Assembly (NCBI GenBank): GCA_965539935.1
Contig: CBETVX010000003.1
Location: forward strand, 9,928-73,927
From: an uncultured Eubacteriales bacterium
GTDB taxonomy: Bacteria > Bacillota > Clostridia > Peptostreptococcales > Caminicellaceae
Length of the DNA stretch: 64,000 nt
Direction: 5' to 3'
Under the pieces are notes generated by a model that searched no databases, was not told the DNA's origin, and was given only the letters and a program-made list of their open reading frames with translations. A program made the position numbers and the translations under genes. Shown in pieces: positions 1 to 10,016 of the stretch. Position 1 is the first letter of the stretch. Every line of letters starts with the position of its first letter.

Positions 1-78
1 AGTAGAGATATAGTAAGTAATGAAATTAAAACTAATATAGAAGGTATACGACATATGAATAATATCTTGGGAGGCTGA
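1..78 (+). CDS. 3' end of an unidentified upstream CDS (partial)
   Basis: Frame 1 is open from the window edge to TGA at 76-78 (...NIEGIRHMNNILGG*). Too short to assign. Confidence 0.2.
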   Translation, partial: SRDIVSNEIKTNIEGIRHMNNILGG

Positions 79-83
79 TTTAG

Positions 84-542
84 TTGAGGAAGCAAACCGA
101 AAAAATTAGTAAAGAACAAGAATACCAAGAATATGTAAAGAAAAAAATTCCAAAGCCTAATTATTTTAAGAATTCACTATGGGCATTTTTTGGAGGAGGA
201 ATAATCTGTACCCTGGCTCAATTTATTTTAAATTATTTAAAAAACACTGGACTAAGTTCAACAGATGCCAATACAATAACAGTTATAATTATGGTATTTT
301 TAGGAGCTTTTCTAACGGGAGTAGGAGTATACGACAAAATAGTGAAGAAAGCTGGAGCTGGAGGAATAGTACCAATATCTGGATTTGCCAACTCCATTGT
401 TTCTCCTGCAATGGAATTTAAAAGGGAAGGCTATGTACTTGGCGTAGGAGCTAAGATGTTTAGTTTAGCTGGACCAGTATTGGTCTATGGATTTGGAAGT
501 TCAGTGATTATTGGATTATTATATTATGTTTTCAACAAATAG
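84..542 (+). CDS. spoVAC: Stage V sporulation protein AC (SpoVAC)
   Basis: 152 aa with a TTG start 9 nt after GGGAGG. Multi-TM protein with the glycine-rich SpoVAC/SpoVAE-type segment (GAGGIVPISGFANS). First gene of the canonical spoVAC-D-E order. Confidence 0.9.
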   Translation: MRKQTEKISKEQEYQEYVKKKIPKPNYFKNSLWAFFGGGIICTLAQFILNYLKNTGLSSTDANTITVIIMVFLGAFLTGVGVYDKIVKKAGAGGIVPISGFANSIVSPAMEFKREGYVLGVGAKMFSLAGPVLVYGFGSSVIIGLLYYVFNK

Positions 543-556
543 GGAGGAAACTAAAG

Positions 557-1576
557 ATGGCAATAAAAAAGTTAGGTAATCAGACAGTACAATTTCAAAA
601 CCCTCCAATAATTATAGCTACTTCTTCCACTGTTGGCCCTAAAGAAGGTGAAGGGCCATTAAGGGATTATTTTGATGTAATTCTTAAAGATGACCTATAT
701 GGAGAAAAAAGTTGGGAATTAGCTGAAAGTAAAATGTTAAGAGAAACAATTAAAGCTGCAATTAAAAAAGCAGATAAAAATATATCTGAGATAGAATACA
801 TGTTATCAGGAGACTTACTTAATCAATTAATGTCAGCTAGTTTTGCTGCAAGGGAATTGGCAATACCCTTCTTTGGGTTATATGGAGCATGTTCTACAAT
901 GACAGAATCATTAAGTATAGGATCTATGCTTATTGATGGAGGCTATGCAGATAATCTAGTAGCTGCTACTTCAAGCCATTTTAGCTCAGCTGAAAGACAA
1001 TATAGGTTTCCACTAGAGTCAGGTAATCAAAGAGCACTTACTGCTCAATGGACCGTTACAGGTGCCGGTGCAGCTATAATATCTAAATATGGAAATGGAC
1101 CTCAAATTCCATATGTTACAACAGGTAGGGTAATAGACTTAGGTATAAAGGATCCTAATAATATGGGAGCTGCAATGGCTCCAGCTGCTGTAGATACAAT
1201 AGTTAATCATTTTCAAGATACAGGGCTAACTCCAGATTATTATGACCTTATTGCAACTGGTGATCTTGGAGCAATAGGGAAAGAAATAGCTGAGGAGATG
1301 ATATTTGATAAAGGATATAATATCTCTAAAGTATTTAATGATTGTGGATTATTAATATTTGATAATGAAACGCAAGATACCCATGCAGGAGGAAGTGGAT
1401 GTGGATGTTCAGCCTCTGTATTTTGTGGATATATTTATAATGAAATGAAAAAAGGAAGGTTGAACAAAGTTCTATTGGTTTCAACAGGAGCATTATTGTC
1501 GGTTACAAGTACACAACAGGGAGAATCTATACCGGGAATAGCACATGCTGTTTCAATAATAAATCAAGAGGTTTAG
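557..1576 (+). CDS. spoVAD: Stage V sporulation protein AD (SpoVAD, thiolase-like fold)
   Basis: 339 aa, RBS GGGAGG. Thiolase/KAS-like sequence (LYGACSTM..., GGSGCGCSA) in the conserved position between spoVAC and spoVAE. Confidence 0.9.
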   Translation: MAIKKLGNQTVQFQNPPIIIATSSTVGPKEGEGPLRDYFDVILKDDLYGEKSWELAESKMLRETIKAAIKKADKNISEIEYMLSGDLLNQLMSASFAARELAIPFFGLYGACSTMTESLSIGSMLIDGGYADNLVAATSSHFSSAERQYRFPLESGNQRALTAQWTVTGAGAAIISKYGNGPQIPYVTTGRVIDLGIKDPNNMGAAMAPAAVDTIVNHFQDTGLTPDYYDLIATGDLGAIGKEIAEEMIFDKGYNISKVFNDCGLLIFDNETQDTHAGGSGCGCSASVFCGYIYNEMKKGRLNKVLLVSTGALLSVTSTQQGESIPGIAHAVSIINQEV

Positions 1577-1586
1577 GAGGTAAAGT

Positions 1587-1943
1587 ATGGAATATCTTAG
1601 AGCTTTTTTAGTAGGCGGTATAATATGTGTTATAGGTCAGCTACTAATGGATGGGACAAAATTAACTCCAGCCCATGTGCTTGTAACATTTGTAACATCA
1701 GGTGCTATATTAACAGCTCTTGGAATATATGAGCCAATTGCTAAATTTGGAGGTACTGGTGCCACAATACCACTTCCTGGATTTGGATATTCACTAGCAA
1801 AGGGAGCAATATCATCAGTTAAGAAAGCTGGAATATTAGGAGCATTTACAGGTGGTATTGAATCTACAGCTGGTGGAGTTGCAGCAGCTATTGTATTTGG
1901 TTATACTATGGCAGTTATATTTACACCTAAGAGTAAAAAATAG
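1587..1943 (+). CDS. spoVAE: Stage V sporulation protein AE (SpoVAEB-type membrane subunit)
   Basis: 118 aa paralogue of SpoVAC (GGIICVIGQ..., ATIPLPGFGYSLAKG). RBS GGAGG. Confidence 0.85.
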   Translation: MEYLRAFLVGGIICVIGQLLMDGTKLTPAHVLVTFVTSGAILTALGIYEPIAKFGGTGATIPLPGFGYSLAKGAISSVKKAGILGAFTGGIESTAGGVAAAIVFGYTMAVIFTPKSKK

Positions 1944-1961
1944 ATAAGAGAGGATATGACA

Positions 1962-2546
1962 ATGGGAAAAAAGAGAAAAATAATAATAGTAACAGATGGA
2001 GATAGATTTGCTCAAAAAGCAGTAGAAAAAGCCACAACAAATGTAGGTGGTAGATGCATATCTAGATCAGCTGGAAATCCTACTCCCATTAGAGGAGAGG
2101 AAATTATTGAATATATCAAGGAAGCTAAAAATGATCCTGTAGTTGTAATGGTAGATGATAGAGGAAATAATAGAATGGGTAAGGGGGAAGAGGCTTTAAT
2201 TAGTATTGTAAATCATCCTGATATAGAAGTAATAGGAGTTATAGCAGTAGCATCTAATACAGAATTTGTTGATGGAGTAAAGGTGGATTTTTCTATAGAT
2301 TCAGAAGGAAAAATAATTGAAGGAGCAGTAGATAAAGAAGGAAAAAAAACTAAAGAAAGAATTCTATACGGTGATACTGTAGATGTAATAAGAGAATGTA
2401 ATATACCTATTGTAGTAGGCATAGGTGATATTGGTAAGATGAATGGTAAAGATGATTGTGAAATAGGGGCTCCCATTATTACAAAGGCTATGCAGGAAAT
2501 AGTAAAGCGAAGTGGAATAAATGGAAAAATTAACAAAAAAGATTGA
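1962..2546 (+). CDS. spoVAEA: SpoVAEA-like soluble stage V sporulation protein AE module
   Basis: Begins MGKKRKIIIVTDGD (Toprim-like N-terminus typical of SpoVAEA). The second ATG (1962) has better spacing to AGAGAGGA than the ATG at 1956. Sits between spoVAE and spoVAF. Confidence 0.7.
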   Translation: MGKKRKIIIVTDGDRFAQKAVEKATTNVGGRCISRSAGNPTPIRGEEIIEYIKEAKNDPVVVMVDDRGNNRMGKGEEALISIVNHPDIEVIGVIAVASNTEFVDGVKVDFSIDSEGKIIEGAVDKEGKKTKERILYGDTVDVIRECNIPIVVGIGDIGKMNGKDDCEIGAPIITKAMQEIVKRSGINGKINKKD

Positions 2547-3981
2547 TGAAAACATTGAATATTTAGATAGAAAAATAGGGATATCAAAGAGTTTTGATAT
2601 TATAAAAAGAGATATAGTAGTTGGTGGAAGGAAAGCTGCATATATTTGCATAGACGGCTTTATAAAGGATGAAATAATGCTATTTATAGAAGAAAGACTT
2701 CAAAAGTTAGATAGGGAAGACATTGTTCCTAATACTATAGAAAAATTAATAAGCCAAAAAATTTCCTATGTAGAAGTAGAAACTACAGATGAAATAGATA
2801 AAATAGAGTTAATGATATTATCGGGAGCATTGGCATTAATTATTGATAAAGCTGAAAAAGCTATTATTATAGATGCCCGTACCTATCCTGCAAGGGGACC
2901 TGAAGAACCAGACCTTGAAAAGGTAACTAGAGGTTCTAGAGACGGGTTTACAGAAACTCTAATATTTAATACAGCATTAATTCGAAGAAGAATCAGAGAT
3001 GGAAATCTAAGGTTTGAAATAACTCAGATAGGAAAAAGGTCAAAAACCGATGTTGTAATAGGATATATTGAAGATATAGCAAATCCCAATTTAATTAAAG
3101 ACCTTAAAGAAAAGCTGGATAAAATTAATACGGATTCATTAGAAATGGCAGAAAAGTCTTTGGAAGAATTTATTATGGGCAGAAGTTTAAATCCATTACC
3201 TCAAGCAAGATATACAGAAAGGCCCGATGTTACAGCAGCTCATCTTTTAGAAGGGCATATAGCAGTTATGGTTGATACTTCTCCAAGTGTTATGATTTTA
3301 CCAGTGACAATGTTCCATTTTACTCAACATGCTCAAGATTATTACCAAAATCCTACAGTAGGAACATATTTCAGATGGATTCGATTAATAGGAATATTGT
3401 TTTCCCTAATACTTCCACCCCTATGGCTTTTACTAGTCTACTACAAGGAAAGTTTTCCCCAATGGCTTCAATTTTTGGGACCTAAAGAAACGGGAGAGAT
3501 ATCTTTATTCCTTCAATTTTTCATATTGGAGTTAGGAATAGATCTTCTTAGAATGGCTTCTATACATACACCTAATACTTTAGCAACTTCATTAGCCATT
3601 ATTGGGGGTTTAATACTTAGTGAGTTTGCTGTAAAGGTTGGATGGTTCGTACCTGAAACTATTTTATATATGGCAGTTGCAGGACTTGGAATGTTTGCTA
3701 CTCCAAGTATTGAATTTTCAATGGCCATAAGACTATTTAGACTAATATTACTTTTTGCTACAGGTATATTTAAAATATATGGATTTGTTGTAGCCTTGTT
3801 ATTTATTGGGTTTGTATTCATTTCCACAAAGTCCTTTGGAGGAGTTAGATATACATGGCCCCTAATCCCCTTTAATGCTAGAGCATTGTCAACAATCCTA
3901 TTTAGAAAGCCCATTCCAGAAGTAAAAAGAAGACCTGAGTTTTTAAATACTTTAGATAAAAATGCAGCACCAGATGATTAG
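2521..3981 (+). CDS. spoVAF: Stage V sporulation protein AF (GerA-family spore germination protein)
   Basis: 486 aa. Soluble N-domain followed by a C-terminal multi-TM domain as in GerAA/SpoVAF. Overlaps the previous gene by 26 nt. Confidence 0.8.
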   Translation: MEKLTKKIDENIEYLDRKIGISKSFDIIKRDIVVGGRKAAYICIDGFIKDEIMLFIEERLQKLDREDIVPNTIEKLISQKISYVEVETTDEIDKIELMILSGALALIIDKAEKAIIIDARTYPARGPEEPDLEKVTRGSRDGFTETLIFNTALIRRRIRDGNLRFEITQIGKRSKTDVVIGYIEDIANPNLIKDLKEKLDKINTDSLEMAEKSLEEFIMGRSLNPLPQARYTERPDVTAAHLLEGHIAVMVDTSPSVMILPVTMFHFTQHAQDYYQNPTVGTYFRWIRLIGILFSLILPPLWLLLVYYKESFPQWLQFLGPKETGEISLFLQFFILELGIDLLRMASIHTPNTLATSLAIIGGLILSEFAVKVGWFVPETILYMAVAGLGMFATPSIEFSMAIRLFRLILLFATGIFKIYGFVVALLFIGFVFISTKSFGGVRYTWPLIPFNARALSTILFRKPIPEVKRRPEFLNTLDKNAAPDD

Positions 3982-3982
3982 A

Positions 3983-4012
3983 AAAAAGAACCCGGAGTAC
4001 ACCGGGTTCTAA
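3983..4012. terminator. Bidirectional hairpin between convergent spoVAF and the PBP gene
   Basis: AGAACCCGG-agtaca-CCGGGTTCT, preceded by an A-run and overlapping the PBP stop codon. Confidence 0.6.
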
Positions 4013-7000
4013 TCATTACTGTCAATTATAGAGTTGTCATTGCTATCGATGATTTCATTTGGATTATTTGGGTTAATTATTTCCTCGTTATCATTCTGGT
4101 TTGAAGGCTGAATTACAGTTCCATCTGGGAAAATTATGGTTCCATCGGGAAGAATTTTTTTCCCATCGGGTAGTATACTTACGCCATTGGGAAGTGTGAT
4201 AGTACCCGGTGGAAATTCATTGCTATTACTTGGTGGTACGATAAATTGTGTATGAACATCACATTCTTCCGTAGGAGCCTCATACTCATAATCCCTAGGA
4301 ATAAAACCATCATGCTCATTTGGATCATAAGGAATCGATCTACTTACGAAAACTTTAGTTTCAATATTTTCTGGTGGACAATACTCTGTTGCCAACTTGC
4401 CAGTAGTTGTGTCAATTTGTAACTCCACATGGACATCATCGTAATCCTTAGGTTCTGTACCAGAAATAAAATATTCACTTTTAACGGTATTTCTAGGGTC
4501 CATATATGATAACTGGGTCGGAAGTTTACCAGACTTAGTATCCACAGCTATTTGTATAATTCCCTCAGGTTTATCAAATTCCTTAGTTGGCAAATCATTA
4601 TGAATTTCAGTCATTACTTTATTCCATAGGGTAGCACTTATGCTACTACCACTGTCTAACATTAATTGAAGGTCATTTCCTATCCATACACCTCCAACAT
4701 AATATGGTGTAAAACCTACAAACCAAGCATCAAAATTATCTGAAGTAGTACCAGTCTTACCGGCTGTAGGCATATTTTTAAGTTTGGCCCTTGTACCTGT
4801 ACCAGCTTCAACACCTGTTCTCATCATGTCAGATACAATATATGCAACCTGTGGACTTACCACAAAATTCTTTTGAGGCTTTCTTTCAAAGATTATATTT
4901 CCATTTCTATCGGTAATCTTAGTAAATGAATGGGGCTCAATATGAACTCCTTGATTTGCTATGCTACCATATGCAGCAGTTATCTCAAGTGGAGTTATTC
5001 CATGAGTCATACCACCTAAAGCCATGGAAGCTAAGTTTTCATCATTTGTTCTTATGTTTTGATCTCTATCTACTAAGGTAGAAATACCCATTTTCTTAAG
5101 ATATTCAAAGGAAGTATTAAAGCCTATTCTTTCAACTATTTTAACAGCAGGTACATTCATAGACCATTGTAAAGCCTCTCTAAGGGTTACTAATCCCCAA
5201 TATCCAGTTGTCTTTGGGTTATAGCTCTTTTCATACCAGTTTCTAGGCCAACGCTGACCACTTTCATTATAGTTTGGTACATCATCAATAATACTTGCGG
5301 CAGTCCATCCATTATCTATAGCTGGAGTATATACTGTTAGAGGTTTAATAGCCGATCCAGGCTGTCTAGGATGATTTGCTCTATTATATAACTTCTGTCC
5401 TTTAACCTGTCTACCACCTACTAAAGCTTTGATTTGCCCAGTTGTATAGTCGATTATTACCATTGCAGATTGTGGCTGTATGCTACCATCTTCACTTATA
5501 TTATAGTATTTATTTGAGATTAATAAGTTTCCATTACCATCTTCTTTTAAGAAATCCGAATTATTTTTAAGGAATTCACTTGATATAACTAAGTTATTAC
5601 TTGAGTCTAAAGTTTTATGCTGATTTTCAATACCTGTTACTCTACCACCCTTATGGATGTATAGCCCAGGAGCTTCCCATCTTTGGTAAGTGCCATTCCA
5701 CTTAAGATTTTCTTCATCGTATTTACAAGCATCCTTTAAAAATACATCTATGCCATTTTCGGAGTTATAAAAACTTAATCTTCTATTTTTATAAAGCACT
5801 AAATCACCAGAATCTGTATATTCATAATCAGCCTTAGGAATGATTAGTGAATTATCAGTAGATATTAGATTTTCATACTTATATAGAATAATAGAATTGC
5901 TTTTCTCACTCTTTATATTTCCAGCATCATCTTTTTTAAAAATAACTGATGGGAAATTTTCAGTATCTTTATAGATAGATTCAATTTTCTTTTGCATATC
6001 AAGGTCAAGGGTACTGTAGATTTTTAAACCTTGAGTATATAGCATATCATTTGCTTCATCTTCTGTTATATTTAATTCTTCCATCAAAGTATTGACAACT
6101 TCATCTTCAACAAAATCTGAGAAGAAGGAGGTTATGTTAGCATTAACCGTGCTGCCAGGATTAAGTTTTTCCTTAAGATCTATACTTTTTGCTTCTTGAT
6201 ATTCTTCTTCAGTAATATAGCCACATACTTTCATAAAACCTAATACGCTATAATACCTATCATAACAGCTTTCGTTAAATAATGTTGTATATATATCTCC
6301 TTCTTTAAGAACTAGTCCCTTTTCCCTTTCTTCATCAGTTACATCTTCCGTTCTTTTAACCCTTAAAGGGGAATGATAAGTTGGGCTTTGAGTAATACCT
6401 GCTATTAAAGCTGCTTCAACTAAATCTAAATCCTTAGCACTTTTAGAAAAATATGTTTGAGCAGCAGCTTCTACCCCTTTAGCACCGCTTCCCAAATATA
6501 TAGTATTCATATAATATTCAAAAATTTGTTCCTTAGTTAGATTTTTCTCTAACTCCACAGCATAATAAGCTTCTTTAATTTTTCTAGTAAGAGTTTTTTC
6601 GCTCTTTATATGGGGAAGATAAAGATTTCTAGCCAATTGTTGAGTAAGTGTACTTGTTCCCCTAGGGGACGATTGAGTTTTTATGGCTTGAAGAATAGCT
6701 CCTACTAGTCTTTTAAAATTGAATCCATGATGTTCAAAAAAAGTTCTATCTTCAGTAGCGATAAAAGCGTTTTTTAAATCCTCATCAATATCTTCATATT
6801 TAACTATGGTTCTAAGCCCGTCATTTTGGATTTTCTCTAATAGATTTCCATCCTGATCTAAGATCTCAGAATTCTCATCTAACATGTAATCGATTTTTGA
6901 AACATCAATTGGTTCAACATCTTTAATTGTAGATAGTACTAAGCCTGCTGAGGCACCTGCGCCAATGAAACCAGCAATGATAAAGAGTATAATAAAGAAT

Positions 7001-7089
7001 TTTATAGAAGTCCAAATAATATTTTTCTTTTTTGATTTCTTTTTATCATTATTATTTTTTTTCGACCTTCGCTTTTTATTTTCACTCAT
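4009..7089 (-). CDS. Class A penicillin-binding protein (PBP1A-type glycosyltransferase/transpeptidase) with a low-complexity C-terminal tail
   Basis: GT51 motifs: EDRTFFEHHG, GTSTLTQQ, RKIKE. Transpeptidase motifs: SAIKP (SxxK), SMN (SxN), KTGT. N-terminal basic segment plus TM anchor. Start taken at ATG 7089 (MSENKKRR), 7 nt after GGGAGG, rather than the track start at 7125. Confidence 0.9.
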   Translation of the reverse strand: MSENKKRRSKKNNNDKKKSKKKNIIWTSIKFFIILFIIAGFIGAGASAGLVLSTIKDVEPIDVSKIDYMLDENSEILDQDGNLLEKIQNDGLRTIVKYEDIDEDLKNAFIATEDRTFFEHHGFNFKRLVGAILQAIKTQSSPRGTSTLTQQLARNLYLPHIKSEKTLTRKIKEAYYAVELEKNLTKEQIFEYYMNTIYLGSGAKGVEAAAQTYFSKSAKDLDLVEAALIAGITQSPTYHSPLRVKRTEDVTDEEREKGLVLKEGDIYTTLFNESCYDRYYSVLGFMKVCGYITEEEYQEAKSIDLKEKLNPGSTVNANITSFFSDFVEDEVVNTLMEELNITEDEANDMLYTQGLKIYSTLDLDMQKKIESIYKDTENFPSVIFKKDDAGNIKSEKSNSIILYKYENLISTDNSLIIPKADYEYTDSGDLVLYKNRRLSFYNSENGIDVFLKDACKYDEENLKWNGTYQRWEAPGLYIHKGGRVTGIENQHKTLDSSNNLVISSEFLKNNSDFLKEDGNGNLLISNKYYNISEDGSIQPQSAMVIIDYTTGQIKALVGGRQVKGQKLYNRANHPRQPGSAIKPLTVYTPAIDNGWTAASIIDDVPNYNESGQRWPRNWYEKSYNPKTTGYWGLVTLREALQWSMNVPAVKIVERIGFNTSFEYLKKMGISTLVDRDQNIRTNDENLASMALGGMTHGITPLEITAAYGSIANQGVHIEPHSFTKITDRNGNIIFERKPQKNFVVSPQVAYIVSDMMRTGVEAGTGTRAKLKNMPTAGKTGTTSDNFDAWFVGFTPYYVGGVWIGNDLQLMLDSGSSISATLWNKVMTEIHNDLPTKEFDKPEGIIQIAVDTKSGKLPTQLSYMDPRNTVKSEYFISGTEPKDYDDVHVELQIDTTTGKLATEYCPPENIETKVFVSRSIPYDPNEHDGFIPRDYEYEAPTEECDVHTQFIVPPSNSNEFPPGTITLPNGVSILPDGKKILPDGTIIFPDGTVIQPSNQNDNEEIINPNNPNEIIDSNDNSIIDSND

Positions 7090-7266
7090 GTTATTAACCT
7101 CCCTAGTATTAATAAAAGGGCACAAGGATTTATATGTACATTGTTTATTATACAGAGAATATTATATCACATCAGATTGTTAATGTTAATTTAATAATAG
7201 AATTGGCAAAAAGTGATATACTAATTTAATAAAGTTGTAATATTTTTAAATATTACTATTTTAACC

Positions 7267-7295
7267 TTGCCATAGAATTTTAATTATGATAATAT
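7267..7295 (+). promoter_or_regulatory. Sigma-A-type promoter of the tyrS leader
   Basis: TTGCCA, 17 nt spacer, TAATAT, just upstream of the T-box leader. Confidence 0.5.
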
Positions 7296-7309
7296 ATCCA
7301 ATAAATAAT

Positions 7310-7552
7310 ATTGATAAAAACTATGAAGGAGCCTAGTAGTTATCTATGGTTACAATCTAAGAGAGCAAACTGGTTGGTGAAAAGTTTGCAGTACATAGAT
7401 GATGAATTACACTCTGAAGTTTCAAGGACCGAAATCCTTGACGATTTCCACCCGTTAAAGTGGACTAGAGGCATTACATATGTAAATTAAGGTGGTACCA
7501 CGGGTCTTCTCGTCCTTAGAATGAACGAGAGGGCCCTTTATTTTTGAAAAAT
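7310..7552 (+). promoter_or_regulatory. T-box riboswitch leader (tyrosine specifier) with terminator
   Basis: AGAGA-box and distal GGTGAAAAG element. Candidate specifier UAC followed by A at 7392-7395. Conserved T-box AATTAAGGTGGTACCACGGG at about 7486-7505. 12-bp terminator stem GGGTCTTCTCGT/ACGAGAGGGCCC followed by TTTATTTTT. Lies directly upstream of tyrS. Confidence 0.85.
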
Positions 7553-7571
7553 TTATGAGGAGGTTATATAT

Positions 7572-8798
7572 ATGGAAAATGTTTTTGATGTCTTATTAGA
7601 ACGGGGATTCATAAAGCAAACTACCCACGAAGAAGAAATAAGAGAATTGCTTGGAAAGGAAAAAGTTACATTTTATATTGGGTTTGATCCCACAGCGGAT
7701 AGTTTACATGTTGGACATTTCTTACAAATAATGGTTATGTCCCATATGCAAAAAGCAGGCCATAGACCTATTTTTCTAATTGGTGGAGGAACTTCCATGG
7801 TAGGAGATCCCTCAGGAAAAACCGATATGAGAAAAATGCTGACTCAAGAACAAATAGAGTATAATGGAGAATGCTTTAAAAAACAGGTTTCTAATATGTT
7901 AGATTTTTCTGAGGGTAAAGCCCTTATGATTAATAATGCTGATTGGTTGTTAAATTTAGAATATGTTCCATTTTTAAGGGAGATTGGAAAGCATTTTTCA
8001 GTTAATAGAATGCTTACAGCAGAATGTTATAAGAGCCGTATGGAAAAAGGCTTATCTTTCTTAGAATTTAATTATATGATTATGCAAGCCTACGATTTTT
8101 ATCAATTACATAAAAAATATGGATGTAAGATTCAAATGGGTGGAGATGACCAGTGGTCTAATATCATAGCTGGTGCCGATTTAATAAGGAGAATGAGTGG
8201 AGAAGCAGCCTATGGTATGACATTCACTTTACTTACAACTAGTGAAGGTAAAAAAATGGGTAAAACAGAATCAGGAGCTATTTGGCTTGATCCTAAAAAG
8301 ACTTCACCTTATGAATTCTATCAATACTGGAGAAATGTAAATGATGCTGATGTTGAAAACTGTTTATCATTACTTACCTTCTTACCTATGGATGAAGTTA
8401 GAAGACTTTCTTCATTAGAGGGAGCTGAGATAAATAGGGCTAAGGAAATATTAGCATATGAAGTAACAAAATTAGTTCATGGTGAAGAAGAGGCTAAGAA
8501 GGCTGACGAGGCAGCTAAAGCATTATTTGCTAAGGGAACAGATAATGAAAACATACCATATACTGAATTACCTTCCTCAGAATTTGAAGAGGGAATAGGA
8601 ATCCTAGACCTACTTAATAGAGTTGGGCTAATATCTTCAAATGGTGAAGGAAGAAGATTGATACAGCAAAATGGTATATCTGTAGAAGATGAAAAAGTAA
8701 AAGATTTTAGAATGGTTATAACAAAAGATGATTTTAAAGATGGAAAACTAATGCTTAGAAAAGGTAAAAAAGTATATCATCAAGTAAGATTAGTTTAA
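7572..8798 (+). CDS. tyrS: Tyrosine--tRNA ligase
   Basis: 408 aa with class I motifs HVGH (HIGH) and KMGKT (KMSKS) and a C-terminal S4-like domain. RBS GAGGAGG. Confidence 0.95.
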   Translation: MENVFDVLLERGFIKQTTHEEEIRELLGKEKVTFYIGFDPTADSLHVGHFLQIMVMSHMQKAGHRPIFLIGGGTSMVGDPSGKTDMRKMLTQEQIEYNGECFKKQVSNMLDFSEGKALMINNADWLLNLEYVPFLREIGKHFSVNRMLTAECYKSRMEKGLSFLEFNYMIMQAYDFYQLHKKYGCKIQMGGDDQWSNIIAGADLIRRMSGEAAYGMTFTLLTTSEGKKMGKTESGAIWLDPKKTSPYEFYQYWRNVNDADVENCLSLLTFLPMDEVRRLSSLEGAEINRAKEILAYEVTKLVHGEEEAKKADEAAKALFAKGTDNENIPYTELPSSEFEEGIGILDLLNRVGLISSNGEGRRLIQQNGISVEDEKVKDFRMVITKDDFKDGKLMLRKGKKVYHQVRLV

Positions 8799-8829
8799 TC
8801 TTAAATATGGATTTTAATATATAATAATT

Positions 8830-8876
8830 AAAACACCCCTAGAGGTAATTCTAGTTTAGAGGGGTGTTTTGCTTTT
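8830..8876. terminator. Bidirectional intrinsic terminator after tyrS
   Basis: AAAACACCCCTAGAG...TTTAGAGGGGTGTTTT hairpin flanked by A- and T-runs, between convergent genes. Confidence 0.8.
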
Positions 8877-8886
8877 AAAATATATA

Positions 8887-9108
8887 TTACTCATTTAAAT
8901 CAATTACAATTTTATTACAACTAGTACATTTATAACCTTTAACCCGTGGTCTCTTTAAATGTCCCTTTGTACCTATCCTTTCACCTCCAAAAGCAAAAAT
9001 TCCGCCAGTCAATTTCTTTTCCTCTGGTAGCCATTTTAGGGCATACCTATCACCATAAATAAATCCTGAAATTAGTTCTTTTTTACAATAAGGACAATTC
9101 ACAACCAT
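8887..9108 (-). CDS. Small zinc-ribbon protein (two CxxC pairs), function unknown
   Basis: 73 aa starting MVVNCPYCKK and ending ...CTSCNKIV. ATG at 9108 lies 6 nt after AAGGAG. The longer track ORF (to 9303) adds only AT-rich, low-complexity sequence. Confidence 0.6.
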   Translation of the reverse strand: MVVNCPYCKKELISGFIYGDRYALKWLPEEKKLTGGIFAFGGERIGTKGHLKRPRVKGYKCTSCNKIVIDLNE

Positions 9109-9395
9109 CAACTCCTTTTTAAAATATTTGATAAATAAACATATGTAGATTATAACATTATTTCTAAATTTTGCAGCATCTTTTTGCCTTTTATTACAAA
9201 AATAGATAATATTTCCTATAAAATCATTTATTTTTAAAAGTAAAATAAAGGTAATTATTTTGTAATTTTTAATCAAGGATAAATGAAAGCTTTTATGAAA
9301 CATAATATAGTATGATATAATTTAAATTATTAGAAATTAATTAGATAGCATTATTTAATAAGTATAGGATTTTAGAATGATATGGAGGGACTATT

Positions 9396-9860
9396 ATGTT
9401 CAGAGAAATGCGAAGGAAGGATAGAGAACTTAAAAAGGATGAAGCCATTGAAATTTTAAAAAGAAATGATTATGGTGTTTTATCAACCATAGGTGAAAAT
9501 GGATATCCCTATGGTGTACCAGTAAACTTTGTTTTTCTTAATAATTCAATATATTTTCATTGTGCTACTGAAGGACATAAATTAGATAATATATTATATA
9601 ATGGAAAGGTATCATTTTGTGTAGTTGGAGAAACCGCTATCTTACCTGAAAAATTCAGCACAAATTTCGAGAGTGCAATTGTATTTGGAAGGGCAGAAGA
9701 AGTATTTGATGATGAAAAGGGTACTGCTCTAATAGAAATATTAAACAAATATTCCTCAGATTATATTGAAGAAGGCAAGGAATACATAAAGAAAGCAAGT
9801 AAATTTACTAAAGTAATAAAAATAAATATTGAACATATTTCTGGTAAGGCAAGAAGGTAG
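9396..9860 (+). CDS. Pyridoxamine 5'-phosphate oxidase-family (FMN-binding split-barrel, Nim-like) protein
   Basis: 154 aa. The pattern MRRKDRE...GVLST..NGYPYGVPVNFV...IYFHCA..G.K is typical of this family. Confidence 0.7.
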   Translation: MFREMRRKDRELKKDEAIEILKRNDYGVLSTIGENGYPYGVPVNFVFLNNSIYFHCATEGHKLDNILYNGKVSFCVVGETAILPEKFSTNFESAIVFGRAEEVFDDEKGTALIEILNKYSSDYIEEGKEYIKKASKFTKVIKINIEHISGKARR

Positions 9861-9967
9861 GAATGAATGATGTTTATTGACTTAGCTAAGTTAATCTTGG
9901 TATTGTAAAAAAATATATCATGAAGAAAGATGCGTTTAATATTAAAAAAGCTCAAAATAATAGTAAC

Positions 9968-10016
9968 TAAAACCCCCCTTAAATCATATTATAGTTTAAA
10001 GGGGGTGTTTTTTTTG
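9968..10016 (+). terminator. Intrinsic terminator after the PNPOx-family gene
   Basis: AACCCCCCTTAAA...TTTAAAGGGGG stem followed by T8. Confidence 0.6.

Noticed and set aside
8887-9303. The full 138-aa version of the zinc-ribbon ORF.
   Set aside because: The first 65 codons are AT-rich filler (FILLLKINDF...) with no RBS. An internal ATG with AAGGAG gives the compact two-CxxC protein.
9930-10013. The N-terminal extension of the yunB track ORF (start at 9930).
   Set aside because: The extension runs through the upstream terminator hairpin and encodes non-YunB-like sequence. The homologous region begins at the basic segment LLRKKRYRN.
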